Source: a virus
DNA: 64,000 nucleotides
IMG/VR virus record: IMGVR_UViG_3300048625_000299
Span: 69,679-133,678 of that record
Strand: one strand, 5' to 3'
The translations under genes and the position numbers were made by a program. This document shows, piece by piece, positions 17,731 through 25,624 of the stretch; positions within the stretch are counted from its first letter, which is position 1; each line of letters opens with the position of its first letter. The notes under the pieces were generated by a model. That model was not told the DNA's origin, searched no databases, and saw only the letters and a program-made list of their open reading frames with translations.

Positions 17731-18750
17731 ATGTCAAAAAAATACGACACTCTCGTCCTCATCGGACGCTTTCAACCGTTTCATAACGCTCACCTTGAGA
17801 TCATCAAGCGTAGCACTGCGCTCTGTAATAAACTGATTGTTATTACGGGCAGCGCAAAACAGCCTCGCACATACAAGAATCCGTTCACCAGCTTTGAACG
17901 CGAGATGATGATCAAGCGTGCGACTGCAGGTCTCGCATTGACTATCAATGTCGTCGAAAACATCGACACAATCTACAACGACCAAGCCTGGGCTGTCCGG
18001 ATACAATCCATCGTGAACACATTGGCATGCGACGGTGATAAGATCGGCATCATCGGCCACAAGAAAGATGACAGCTCATTCTACTTGGATATGTTTCCGC
18101 AATGGGGATATGAGAACGTCGAAGAGATTGCACCGCTGAGTGCTGTCAATATTCGCGACCTGTACTTCAAGCGCAACTGTAATCTCGAATTCATTCGCGG
18201 GGTGGTACCTCAAACTACTTTCGAAATCTTGCTGGACTTCAAGCAAAGCGAAGAGTATGAACAAATCATCCGTGAGCGCGAGTTCGTAGAGAACTACAAA
18301 AAGCAGTACGCATCGCTTCCATATCCTCCAATCTTCAGTACTGCTGATGCTGTAGTGATCCAATCCGGCCATGTGCTGATGATTCGTCGTCGTGCTGAGC
18401 CAGGCAAAGGGTTGTGGGCGCTTCCCGGCGGATATGTGAACGCAAATACCGACAAGTCTGTTGAAGCTGCAATGCTCCGAGAGCTCCGCGAAGAAACAAA
18501 GATCAAAGTTCCCGAGCCAGTCCTGCGTGGTAATATCGTTCGCAGTAAGGTGTTCGATGCTGTCGATCGTAGTCCTCGTGGCCGCATTATCACTCATGCA
18601 TTCCACATTCAGTTGCCAGACGGCGAGCTGCCAAAGGTCAAAGGATCTGATGATGCTGAAAAGGCACGTTGGGTTCCGATTGCTGAAGTGAAGAGCGAAG
18701 ACTGCTTCGAAGACCACTTTGAAATTCTCCAACACTTTTTGGGAGCTTAA
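17731..18750 (+). CDS. natV: Bifunctional NMN adenylyltransferase / Nudix (ADP-ribose pyrophosphatase-type) protein, NadM/NatV-like
   Basis: N-terminal LVLIGRFQPFHNAHLEII (HxGH nucleotidyltransferase). C-terminal Nudix box GGYVNANTDKSVEAAMLRELREETKIKV. Confidence 0.85.
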   Translation: MSKKYDTLVLIGRFQPFHNAHLEIIKRSTALCNKLIVITGSAKQPRTYKNPFTSFEREMMIKRATAGLALTINVVENIDTIYNDQAWAVRIQSIVNTLACDGDKIGIIGHKKDDSSFYLDMFPQWGYENVEEIAPLSAVNIRDLYFKRNCNLEFIRGVVPQTTFEILLDFKQSEEYEQIIREREFVENYKKQYASLPYPPIFSTADAVVIQSGHVLMIRRRAEPGKGLWALPGGYVNANTDKSVEAAMLRELREETKIKVPEPVLRGNIVRSKVFDAVDRSPRGRIITHAFHIQLPDGELPKVKGSDDAEKARWVPIAEVKSEDCFEDHFEILQHFLGA

Positions 18751-18751
18751 A

Positions 18752-18904
18752 ATGTCAGACGGACTAGATCGTTCGGGGCTAGAATGGTTCAATGAACGTG
18801 GCTATTGGGTAATCCGAAAGGTCCCCAATACCAAAGACCAATTCTATGTTGCTAGTACAGCAATTCCACCAGACAATGTTCTGAAAATTTATGGGATATT
18901 GTGA
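18752..18904 (+). CDS. Small hypothetical protein (50 aa)
   Basis: ATG 1 nt after the natV stop. Frame from the track. Confidence 0.3.
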   Translation: MSDGLDRSGLEWFNERGYWVIRKVPNTKDQFYVASTAIPPDNVLKIYGIL

Positions 18905-18906
18905 TG

Positions 18907-19071
18907 GGATGGACTGACTGGAATTGGATTAACGTTGCGCTTGTCTTCGTGAATGGAGCAGTAGCGTATGATTGTTTCGCTGATAAGGACGTCGATCGTT
19001 CTTTCGGTGGTTGGGTGAACGTGGTTGCTAGTTCTATGAACACTGCAATGATTGCAATAAAGGTTTTGTAA
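18907..19071 (+). CDS. Small membrane protein (54 aa)
   Basis: GTGATG at 18904. WNWINVALVFVNGAVAY. Below the track cut-off. Confidence 0.3.
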   Translation, partial: GWTDWNWINVALVFVNGAVAYDCFADKDVDRSFGGWVNVVASSMNTAMIAIKVL

Positions 19072-19265
19072 TGGTACGAATTATCGATGCAACACCACAT
19101 CAGAGTGTGGTCAAAAAGAAGGTCTGCCGTCACTGTGGCGTGACGTTGGAGTATGTTCCTAACGACATTCAAGAACGACGAGTTACTGATTATGATGGCA
19201 GTAGCGAGCTGATCAAGTACATCGAGTGTCCTGCTTGCAAAACACACGTTGATGTGAGGTACTAA
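19071..19265 (+). CDS. Small zinc-ribbon protein (CxxC...CxxC)
   Basis: CRHCGVTLEY...CPACKTHV. Confidence 0.45.
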   Translation: MVRIIDATPHQSVVKKKVCRHCGVTLEYVPNDIQERRVTDYDGSSELIKYIECPACKTHVDVRY

Positions 19266-19266
19266 T

Positions 19267-20211
19267 ATGTGGAAAAATGTAAACGTCTTTGAAGATGAAA
19301 AAGAGCACGTTAAGAAGTATGTTTTCGAGAAAGATGACATCGCTATCGAGTCCGTTCTTTATCGTTATCCTACTTACGATGAACGCACTGTTCTCTGCAT
19401 TAGTACCATGTGCGGATGTCCAATGGGCTGTCGCTTTTGTGGAACTGGTGATTATTTTGTTCGTAGCCTTACTGCGGATGAAATTGTAGGCCAAGCTGAA
19501 TACATCCTCGAAACACAAATCGGCGGACTGAATCCTCGTGACATCAAGAAGTTGCAGATCATGGTGATGAGTATGGGCGAGCCTGCTTTGAACAAAGCTC
19601 TGGAAGAAGCATTCGATCGTCTGTATGCAAAGTACCCAAATGCAGCACTGCTGATTAGCTCAAGCGGTCCTAAGGTTAGCTACCAATGGATCATCGAAAT
19701 GAGCAAGCGGATTCCGACTGTCGGTTTGCAATTCAGCATTCACGAGAGTACAGACGAAGCACGCGACAAGTTGATTCCATTCGATAAGAAGTTGAACCTG
19801 CAAGAGATTGCTGATGTTGGCGTTCGCTGGCACTTGGATACTGGCCGTAAGCCATATTTCAACTATTGCGCTCACGAGGGCAACGATAAAGATGAGGACG
19901 TCCAACGACTACTCAAGTTGTACCATCCACGCATCTGGGAAGCGACTGTCTCTGTCATTTGTGAACGCGATGCTCATGCAGAAGCAACGAACGACAAGCA
20001 ACGCAACTTGGCTATTGAATTTGGTAACAAGCTGCTTGCTGAAGGTTACAACGTCCGTGTGTTCGATCCGGCTGGTCAGGATACAATCGGTGGTGGTTGT
20101 GGTCAGTTGTGGTATGTTCAAGACTGGATGAAGGACCATCCAGAGCACGTCAAGCCATCTGTTGGTTGTGGTATGCAAAAGGTCCACACACCAAAAGAAT
20201 GGAACGTATGA
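19267..20211 (+). CDS. Radical SAM enzyme of the RlmN/Cfr methyltransferase family, minimal form lacking the N-terminal RNA-binding extension
   Basis: VLCISTMCGCPMGCRFCGTG aligns with RlmN LCVSSQVGCALECKFCSTA (CxxxCxxC plus the upstream mechanistic Cys). IMVMSMGEPALN matches VVMMGMGEPLLN. ISSSGP matches LSTSG. FSIHESTDEARDKLIPFDKK matches [20 protein letters not shown]. C-terminal GGGCGQL matches AACGQL (the second mechanistic Cys). Confidence 0.75.
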   Translation: MWKNVNVFEDEKEHVKKYVFEKDDIAIESVLYRYPTYDERTVLCISTMCGCPMGCRFCGTGDYFVRSLTADEIVGQAEYILETQIGGLNPRDIKKLQIMVMSMGEPALNKALEEAFDRLYAKYPNAALLISSSGPKVSYQWIIEMSKRIPTVGLQFSIHESTDEARDKLIPFDKKLNLQEIADVGVRWHLDTGRKPYFNYCAHEGNDKDEDVQRLLKLYHPRIWEATVSVICERDAHAEATNDKQRNLAIEFGNKLLAEGYNVRVFDPAGQDTIGGGCGQLWYVQDWMKDHPEHVKPSVGCGMQKVHTPKEWNV

Positions 20212-20999
20212 AGTTTTTGATCCAATACAATCTAATGGCAGAGTCGCAACTCGAAGCAGTTAAGTCTGCAGCTCTGCCATATCCTCACCAGTATGTTGGA
20301 GTGATTCCGTTTTCAAATGAGATCACCGCAGCAGAGGGTGAAGAGATTGTTGGTACCGATTACATTCCATATGGGTCAACGCTGATGTCGACGATTGGCC
20401 TAGATTTGGGATGGAAGGGATTGCACTTCGATCTCGAACAGTTCAATTACGAAGCTGCAGTCGCCAATCGGGATGATATGCTGAATGATGGCGATATTAT
20501 GACTGTCGAAGAGACTATCGATTTCATGCGCGCCAGCACTCAAGAACAATGGTTCATCCGTCCTTCACTCGATCTGAAGCATTTTGCTGGGCAGGTAATC
20601 GAACGCATAGAGTGTGTGAAGTGGTTAACACAAGCACTCGGTTGTTCATCATCTGAGACGAAACGGATGTACAAAGACATGAAGATTGTCGTTGCAACAC
20701 CACAAAACATTCAAGCCGAATGGCGTTGGTTTGTGGTCGGAGGCAAAGTGGTCGATGGGTCAATGTACCGCTCACATGGTCAATTGATCAAGCTGCATGA
20801 GACTGATCCAAAAGTAATCGCTGAAGCACAAACGTTTGCTGATAAGTGGTTGCCAAACCAAAACGTCGTGATGGACTTGGCGCTTGTCGATGATGAATTG
20901 AAGGTAATTGAATTCAACTGTATCAACTGCAGTGGGTTCTACAATCACGATGTTCGTAAAATATTTGATGCACTGTATATGGAGAGTACAAAATGCTAA
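20208..20999 (+). CDS. ATP-grasp family enzyme
   Basis: ATGA-coupled start, chosen because the track's longer start overlaps the upstream gene. AEWRWFVVGGKVVDGSMYR and LKVIEFNCINCSGF resemble the ATP-grasp central and C-terminal motifs. Confidence 0.55.
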   Translation: MKFLIQYNLMAESQLEAVKSAALPYPHQYVGVIPFSNEITAAEGEEIVGTDYIPYGSTLMSTIGLDLGWKGLHFDLEQFNYEAAVANRDDMLNDGDIMTVEETIDFMRASTQEQWFIRPSLDLKHFAGQVIERIECVKWLTQALGCSSSETKRMYKDMKIVVATPQNIQAEWRWFVVGGKVVDGSMYRSHGQLIKLHETDPKVIAEAQTFADKWLPNQNVVMDLALVDDELKVIEFNCINCSGFYNHDVRKIFDALYMESTKC

Positions 21000-21478
21000 A
21001 GCATGTAAAAGGCAACTTACTCGATCTAGCTGAGGCTGGTCATTTTGATGTGGTTGTTCAAGGCTGCAATTGCTTCAACGCAATGGGCGGAGGGATCGCA
21101 CGTGAGATTCGCGAGCGCTATCCAGTAGCCGCGGCCGCTGACAATAAGACTGTTAAGGGCGATTACAATAAGCTGGGCAATTGGACCAGCTGCCCAATAA
21201 TTGTCGGAGACTTGGGCTATGTTTCTAGCTTCGTTATCATCAACGCATACACTCAATATAATATGAGCACTGGTCAAGATGTGTTCGAGTATGCAGCGTT
21301 TGAGCTGATCCTCCAAAAGCTACTCTACACGTATGGAGATAAGCGAATTGGATTTCCGTTCATTGGTATGGGCCTTGCCCGTGGTGATAAGCAACGAATC
21401 ATCGGAATGCTTGAATGGTTTGCAGATGAAATTGAGAAGCGTGGCGGTAGTGCAACGCTAGTGGAATTCCAGCCATGA
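20993..21478 (+). CDS. Macro domain protein (ADP-ribose-binding/processing)
   Basis: GCNCFNAMGGGIAREIRERYP (Gly-rich ADP-ribose-binding loop) and FPFIGMGLARG (second Macro loop). Confidence 0.7.
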   Translation: MLKHVKGNLLDLAEAGHFDVVVQGCNCFNAMGGGIAREIRERYPVAAAADNKTVKGDYNKLGNWTSCPIIVGDLGYVSSFVIINAYTQYNMSTGQDVFEYAAFELILQKLLYTYGDKRIGFPFIGMGLARGDKQRIIGMLEWFADEIEKRGGSATLVEFQP

Positions 21479-21972
21479 ACATAGTCAAGTCCCCAAACGA
21501 GTATACCACTCGCAATAAATTCTCAATCTTCCTTGCTGGATCAATTGAGATGGGCATGGCGGTAGATTGGCAACAATCGATCGCTGATGCGTTGTATGGC
21601 ATTGATGGAATACAGCTACTGAACCCACGTCGTGATGATTGGGATTCTAGCTGGGCACAAACGATCGAGAATCCACAATTTGCTGAGCAAGTAAGATGGG
21701 AGCTGACAGCACTCGAACGATCTGATTTGATCATCTACTACTTTGCACCAGGCACACAAAGTCCAATCTCGTTGCTTGAGCTGGGACTCTATGCAAACCA
21801 TACAAAGAACATCTGGGTGTGTTGTCCAGAAGGATTCTGGCGTAAGGGCAATATCGAGATCGTCTGCCAACGATACATGATTCCATTCTTTGATGATTTA
21901 GATCACATGGTGGACGATCTGAGGTACTATCTTCCGATTTGGACGGAAGATGGATATGAGCAGTTGACATAA
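21475..21972 (+). CDS. Nucleoside 2-deoxyribosyltransferase-like (SLOG/Rossmann) protein
   Basis: SIFLAGSIE...RSDLIIYYFAPGTQSPISLLELGLYANHTKNIWVCC matches the NDT/Rcl-family pattern (Y.AGP ... D.GT.fElG.a...gKpv). ATGA-coupled. Confidence 0.55.
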   Translation: MNIVKSPNEYTTRNKFSIFLAGSIEMGMAVDWQQSIADALYGIDGIQLLNPRRDDWDSSWAQTIENPQFAEQVRWELTALERSDLIIYYFAPGTQSPISLLELGLYANHTKNIWVCCPEGFWRKGNIEIVCQRYMIPFFDDLDHMVDDLRYYLPIWTEDGYEQLT

Positions 21973-21992
21973 CAATGGGGTTATGCTATACT
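21964..21992 (+). promoter_or_regulatory. Consensus sigma70 promoter TTGACA-N17-TGcTATACT upstream of nadV
   Basis: Hexamers read directly. The -35 overlaps the upstream stop codon. Confidence 0.55.
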
Positions 21993-22002
21993 GTAATCAA
22001 GC

Positions 22003-22021
22003 CCTCGCGATAGACGTGAGG
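22003..22021 (+). promoter_or_regulatory. 5'-UTR stem-loop (cctcgcg/cgtgagg with one G-U pair, loop ATAGA), the same loop as the natV hairpin
   Basis: Seen directly. Lies about 10 nt after the -10 hexamer. Confidence 0.45.
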
Positions 22022-22046
22022 CATTTTAACTGTTAAGGAGATTAAC

Positions 22047-23444
22047 ATGAAACTGAGCAAAAACATTCTACTGAACACAGACAGCTACAAAGTGTCAATG
22101 TGGAAGCAATACCCTGTTGGAACAACTGGCGTATTTTCTTACATCGAATCGCGTGGCGGTCGTTATGATCAAACAGTGATGTTTGGTCTGCAAGCGTTCA
22201 TCAAGGAGTACTTACTTGACCCCATTACACAGTCCGACATCGATATCGCCGAAGAGATTCTTCTCGCACACGGAGAGCCATTTAATCGTAGCGGCTGGCA
22301 GTATATCCTCGACAAGCACGACGGATATCTCCCCGTCGTCATCCGAGCAGTCCCCGAGGGTACTGTGGTACCGGTTAAGAATGTCCTCGCAACCATCGAG
22401 AACACAGATCCCAACGTACCGTGGCTGACTACATGGCTCGAGACTCCCTTGCTTCGTGCGATCTGGTATCCAACTACTGTGGCAACACAGAGCTGGTCGA
22501 TTCGCAAAGTGATTTTGGATTATTTGGAGAAGACTGGTGACCCTGCTCTTATCGATTTTAAGTTACACGACTTTGGTGCTCGCGGTGTTAGTTCCCTTGA
22601 GTCCGCTGGCATTGGCGGCGCCGCGCACCTCGTTAATTTCATGGGTACCGATACTGTTACCGGTTTGTTGTATGCTCGTGAGTATTACAACGCTGGTATT
22701 AGTGGGTTTTCAATTCCTGCAGCCGAGCACAGCACAATCACAAGTTGGGGCCGTGACGGAGAAGTCGACGCCTACCGAAACATGCTTACAAATTTCGCTC
22801 GGCCCGGGTCCATTGTTGCAGTCGTTTCCGACAGCTACGATGTATTCAATGCCGCTAGCAAATTGTGGGGAGAAGAGCTCCGTCAGCAAGTGATTGATAG
22901 CGGTGCTACTGTAGTGATTCGTCCTGATAGTGGTGACCCTGTTGAAGTCAACCGCAAGTTGATTGAGATCTTAGGAGAAAAGTTTGGATACACTACAAAC
23001 GCCAAAGGATTCAAAGTCCTCAATAATGTTCGCCTCATCCAGGGGGACGGTGTCAATGAGTTATCCATCCGCAGTATCCTTGGGGCACTCATGGCAATGG
23101 GATGGTCGGCAGATAATATTGCATTCGGTATGGGCGGTGCCTTGCTCCAGCAAGTTGACCGAGATACCCAGAAGTTTGCAATGAAATGTTCTTCTGCGAA
23201 GATCAATGACGTGTGGGTCGATGTACAAAAAGATCCAGTCACTGATAGTGGCAAGAAGTCGAAGGCAGGTCGAGTGACTCTTTGGAAGAGTGGCGGCGAA
23301 TGGATCAGTAGCGTTGAAAAGCCAGCTGGCTGGCACGATAAAGCAACTGGTGAGTTTGTTGAAGTGCTGGAAACAGTATACGCTAACGGAAAGTTGATTA
23401 ACGAATATACATTCGACAACATCCGAGCAAGAGCTCGCAAATAA
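22047..23444 (+). CDS. nadV: Nicotinamide phosphoribosyltransferase (NAMPT/NadV)
   Basis: HDFGARGVSSLESAGIGGAAHLVNFMGTDTV is the NAMPT signature. 465 aa, typical length. Confidence 0.85.
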   Translation: MKLSKNILLNTDSYKVSMWKQYPVGTTGVFSYIESRGGRYDQTVMFGLQAFIKEYLLDPITQSDIDIAEEILLAHGEPFNRSGWQYILDKHDGYLPVVIRAVPEGTVVPVKNVLATIENTDPNVPWLTTWLETPLLRAIWYPTTVATQSWSIRKVILDYLEKTGDPALIDFKLHDFGARGVSSLESAGIGGAAHLVNFMGTDTVTGLLYAREYYNAGISGFSIPAAEHSTITSWGRDGEVDAYRNMLTNFARPGSIVAVVSDSYDVFNAASKLWGEELRQQVIDSGATVVIRPDSGDPVEVNRKLIEILGEKFGYTTNAKGFKVLNNVRLIQGDGVNELSIRSILGALMAMGWSADNIAFGMGGALLQQVDRDTQKFAMKCSSAKINDVWVDVQKDPVTDSGKKSKAGRVTLWKSGGEWISSVEKPAGWHDKATGEFVEVLETVYANGKLINEYTFDNIRARARK

Positions 23445-23447
23445 GGG

Positions 23448-23474
23448 AAGGCCACTCCGGTGGCCTTTTTCTTT
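23448..23474 (+). terminator. Rho-independent terminator after nadV
   Basis: aggccac-tccg-gtggcct followed by tttttcttt. Confidence 0.65.
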
Positions 23475-23516
23475 GGACTGTTGTATAATTGTTCCTATCA
23501 ACTTAGGAATAACATC

Positions 23517-23978
23517 ATGTTCAAATGGCCTTGGAAACGCGAACGACGAATTGCTTTCATTGATGGTGACCAATCGCTGCCAGATGTACTTCGAGCACAT
23601 CAGAAGTACATCGTTGGCACAAACACCGAAACACACTTGGTTCGACTGATAACTCCTCAGAAGGATAGAGACGCTGAGCCCCGAATCCTACGTAACCTTG
23701 TTGGCATCAACAAGATCTACCTTGGTGGATTCTCTACTGGCAAAGAAGTGACTGATAAGTTTATTGGTGCTTATATCCAAAAAGCAATCAATGATGGTTA
23801 TACACACATCTCTGTCATTTCGAGCGACTACGATTTCATCGACATTTTCAAATTGGCCATTGTGTTGGATGAGCGCGCAAAGCAGTTGACGTTTCGAATG
23901 ATCGTGCCAACGAAAGCAAGCAAGAAATTGAACGAGATGCCAGACCGATTATTGAACATCGAGATTGTGAGAGACTAA
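23517..23978 (+). CDS. Hypothetical protein (possible PIN/NYN-like fold)
   Basis: ATG at 23517 preferred over the track start. RIAFIDGDQ is weakly NYN-like. Fold assignment is low confidence. Confidence 0.45.
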   Translation: MFKWPWKRERRIAFIDGDQSLPDVLRAHQKYIVGTNTETHLVRLITPQKDRDAEPRILRNLVGINKIYLGGFSTGKEVTDKFIGAYIQKAINDGYTHISVISSDYDFIDIFKLAIVLDERAKQLTFRMIVPTKASKKLNEMPDRLLNIEIVRD

Positions 23979-23979
23979 G

Positions 23980-24174
23980 ATGGAATACACATTAGTGATT
24001 TGGACAGTTGTTGCTGCATTTGGTACAGGAGCTGGCACATATAGGCCGCAAGAGTATCGAGATTGGCGACCGCTAGCCGTTTTCAATAACGGTGGCGCTC
24101 AATCAATGAACCAGTGTCAGGCAGCCGCTGAACAATTAAAGCTGCAAAAGTTTGAATGTATCAGAACCAAGTGA
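23980..24174 (+). CDS. Small membrane protein with a C-terminal Cys pair (member of a three-gene family in this window)
   Basis: N-terminal TM helix LVIWTVVAAFGTGAG, then ...QCQAAAEQLK...FECI. Compare 47441-47606 and 47822-47998. Confidence 0.4.
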   Translation: MEYTLVIWTVVAAFGTGAGTYRPQEYRDWRPLAVFNNGGAQSMNQCQAAAEQLKLQKFECIRTK

Positions 24175-24184
24175 AGGAAAGAAA

Positions 24185-25225
24185 ATGCGTAAACTTGCAT
24201 CCATTCGTCGGATCGACGAACTGAACCCTATTGAGGGTGCCGACAAAATCGAAGTAGCAACCGTTGGTGGTTGGAAAGTCGTGTGTCAAAAAGGTCTCTA
24301 TAATGTCGGAGATCTTGCTGTGTACTTCGAGATCGACTCGTGGATTCCATCTGCTGTTGCTCCGTTTCTGACAAAGGACGGCCACTTCCCCAAAGTGTTC
24401 GAGGGTGTTGAAGGTGAACGTCTAAAGACAATCCGCTTGCGCGGACAATTGTCTCAAGGTCTGTTGATGCCTATACACAACGACAAGACTGGCACATATT
24501 TGATGGTCTACACAGATGAAACTGGTGAATATTCGCTGACTGTAGCCGAAGGTGATGATGTATCTGAGCCTCTTGGTATCCTGAAATGGGAGAAGGCAAT
24601 CCCTGCTCAGCTCGCTGGCATTTCTCGTGGCAACTTCCCAACTTTGATTCCAAAGACCGACCAAGAGCGTGTGCAAAACTTGAAGAAAGAGATTGCTGCT
24701 GCTCAAGGACAAGTCTACGAAGTGACGGAAAAGCTGGAAGGCTCATCGATGACTTGCTATGTAATTGATGGTGAGTTCGGAGTATGCTCCCGTAACCTCA
24801 ACCTCAAGGAAACTGAGGGCAACTCATTCTGGAATGCAGCTCGCGACAATGACCTCGAGCAAAAAATGCTTGCTCGTCAGTACGACTTTGCAATCCAAGG
24901 TGAGTTGATTGGTCCTGGCGTTCAAGGTAATATCTACAAATTGACAAAGCCTGAGTTCTATGTGTTTGACATCTATGATGTTAAGGACGGCGAGTATATG
25001 AATCCAGCTGCACGTCGTCAATTGGTTGAGTCTCTTGGCCTGAAGCATGTACCGATTCTGGACGATATGTATGTCCTTAACGATGATGTAGAACAACTGT
25101 TGACGTTAGCCGAAGGCAAGTCTAGAATGTTTGATACAGAACGAGAAGGCATCGTGTTCAAACAGAATGACGGTGGCATGACGTTCAAAGCGATCTCGAA
25201 CAAGTACCTATTAAACGAGAAGTGA
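24185..25225 (+). CDS. ATP-dependent RNA ligase, Rnl2/Rnl5-like (nick-sealing type with an N-terminal OB-like domain)
   Basis: Motif I TEKLEGSS (cf. T4 Rnl2 EKIHGTN), motif IV EGIVFKQ, motif V FKAISNKYL. The N-terminal ~70 aa resembles the OB module of Rnl5-type ligases. SD aaggaaagaaaATG at 24185. Confidence 0.7.
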   Translation: MRKLASIRRIDELNPIEGADKIEVATVGGWKVVCQKGLYNVGDLAVYFEIDSWIPSAVAPFLTKDGHFPKVFEGVEGERLKTIRLRGQLSQGLLMPIHNDKTGTYLMVYTDETGEYSLTVAEGDDVSEPLGILKWEKAIPAQLAGISRGNFPTLIPKTDQERVQNLKKEIAAAQGQVYEVTEKLEGSSMTCYVIDGEFGVCSRNLNLKETEGNSFWNAARDNDLEQKMLARQYDFAIQGELIGPGVQGNIYKLTKPEFYVFDIYDVKDGEYMNPAARRQLVESLGLKHVPILDDMYVLNDDVEQLLTLAEGKSRMFDTEREGIVFKQNDGGMTFKAISNKYLLNEK

Positions 25226-25245
25226 TTTAAGTTTTCTCCCCTTTG

Positions 25246-25270
25246 CGCCGGCTTGACCGGCGTTCTTTTT
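25246..25270 (+). terminator. Rho-independent terminator
   Basis: cgccgg-cttga-ccggcg followed by ttcttttt. Confidence 0.6.
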
Positions 25271-25624
25271 ATGAACAATCCATTACTATTCATCACAGAC
25301 ATGCTCGCCGCAGCAAAGAAGTCGTTTCAGGCTGCTGTGGAAGAGCGTAAAAAGAGAGAGCTCAATGCTGAGCGCAATCTCATCGCAAAGCATTTCAACA
25401 ACTACTACACATACCGCCACCGGTTCGATACATCAAGTAATGAGCGTTTGGATGGAACTGGGATGTGGGGGTTCACACCATTAAAAGGAAATGCGTGGAT
25501 GTGTCCGACGTGCAATAAAATCCACTTGGCATCAAGCTGTAGTGCATTTTCCGGTTTACAATATCCACATTGCTGTGAGTATAGATCACACCACAGGCTA
25601 TACAACGACATCAGAACGCAATGA
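25271..25624 (+). CDS. Hypothetical Cys-rich protein
   Basis: ATG directly after the terminator T-run. CPTCNKIHLASSC...HCCEY. Confidence 0.45.
   Translation: MNNPLLFITDMLAAAKKSFQAAVEERKKRELNAERNLIAKHFNNYYTYRHRFDTSSNERLDGTGMWGFTPLKGNAWMCPTCNKIHLASSCSAFSGLQYPHCCEYRSHHRLYNDIRTQ

Noticed and set aside
20097-20207. Long N-terminal extensions of track ORFs that overlap the preceding gene (e.g. 20097, 43218, 44723, 45183, 46839, 48606, 61752)
   Set aside because: In each case an internal ATG forms an ATGA/TAATG junction with the upstream stop. The extension would overlap a confidently called gene by 100+ nt.
19267-20211. Radical-SAM ORF as anaerobic ribonucleotide reductase activase (NrdG) or QueE, the commoner phage radical-SAM enzymes
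   Set aside because: The Cys-cluster context (LCxSxxxGCxxxCxFCxTG) and several downstream blocks match RlmN/Cfr specifically. At 314 aa it is too long for NrdG.
25253-25270. Track start (TTG) for ORF 25253-25624
   Set aside because: The TTG lies inside the stem of a rho-independent terminator (cgccgg-cttga-ccggcg + T-run). The ATG at 25271 immediately after the T-run is the plausible start.
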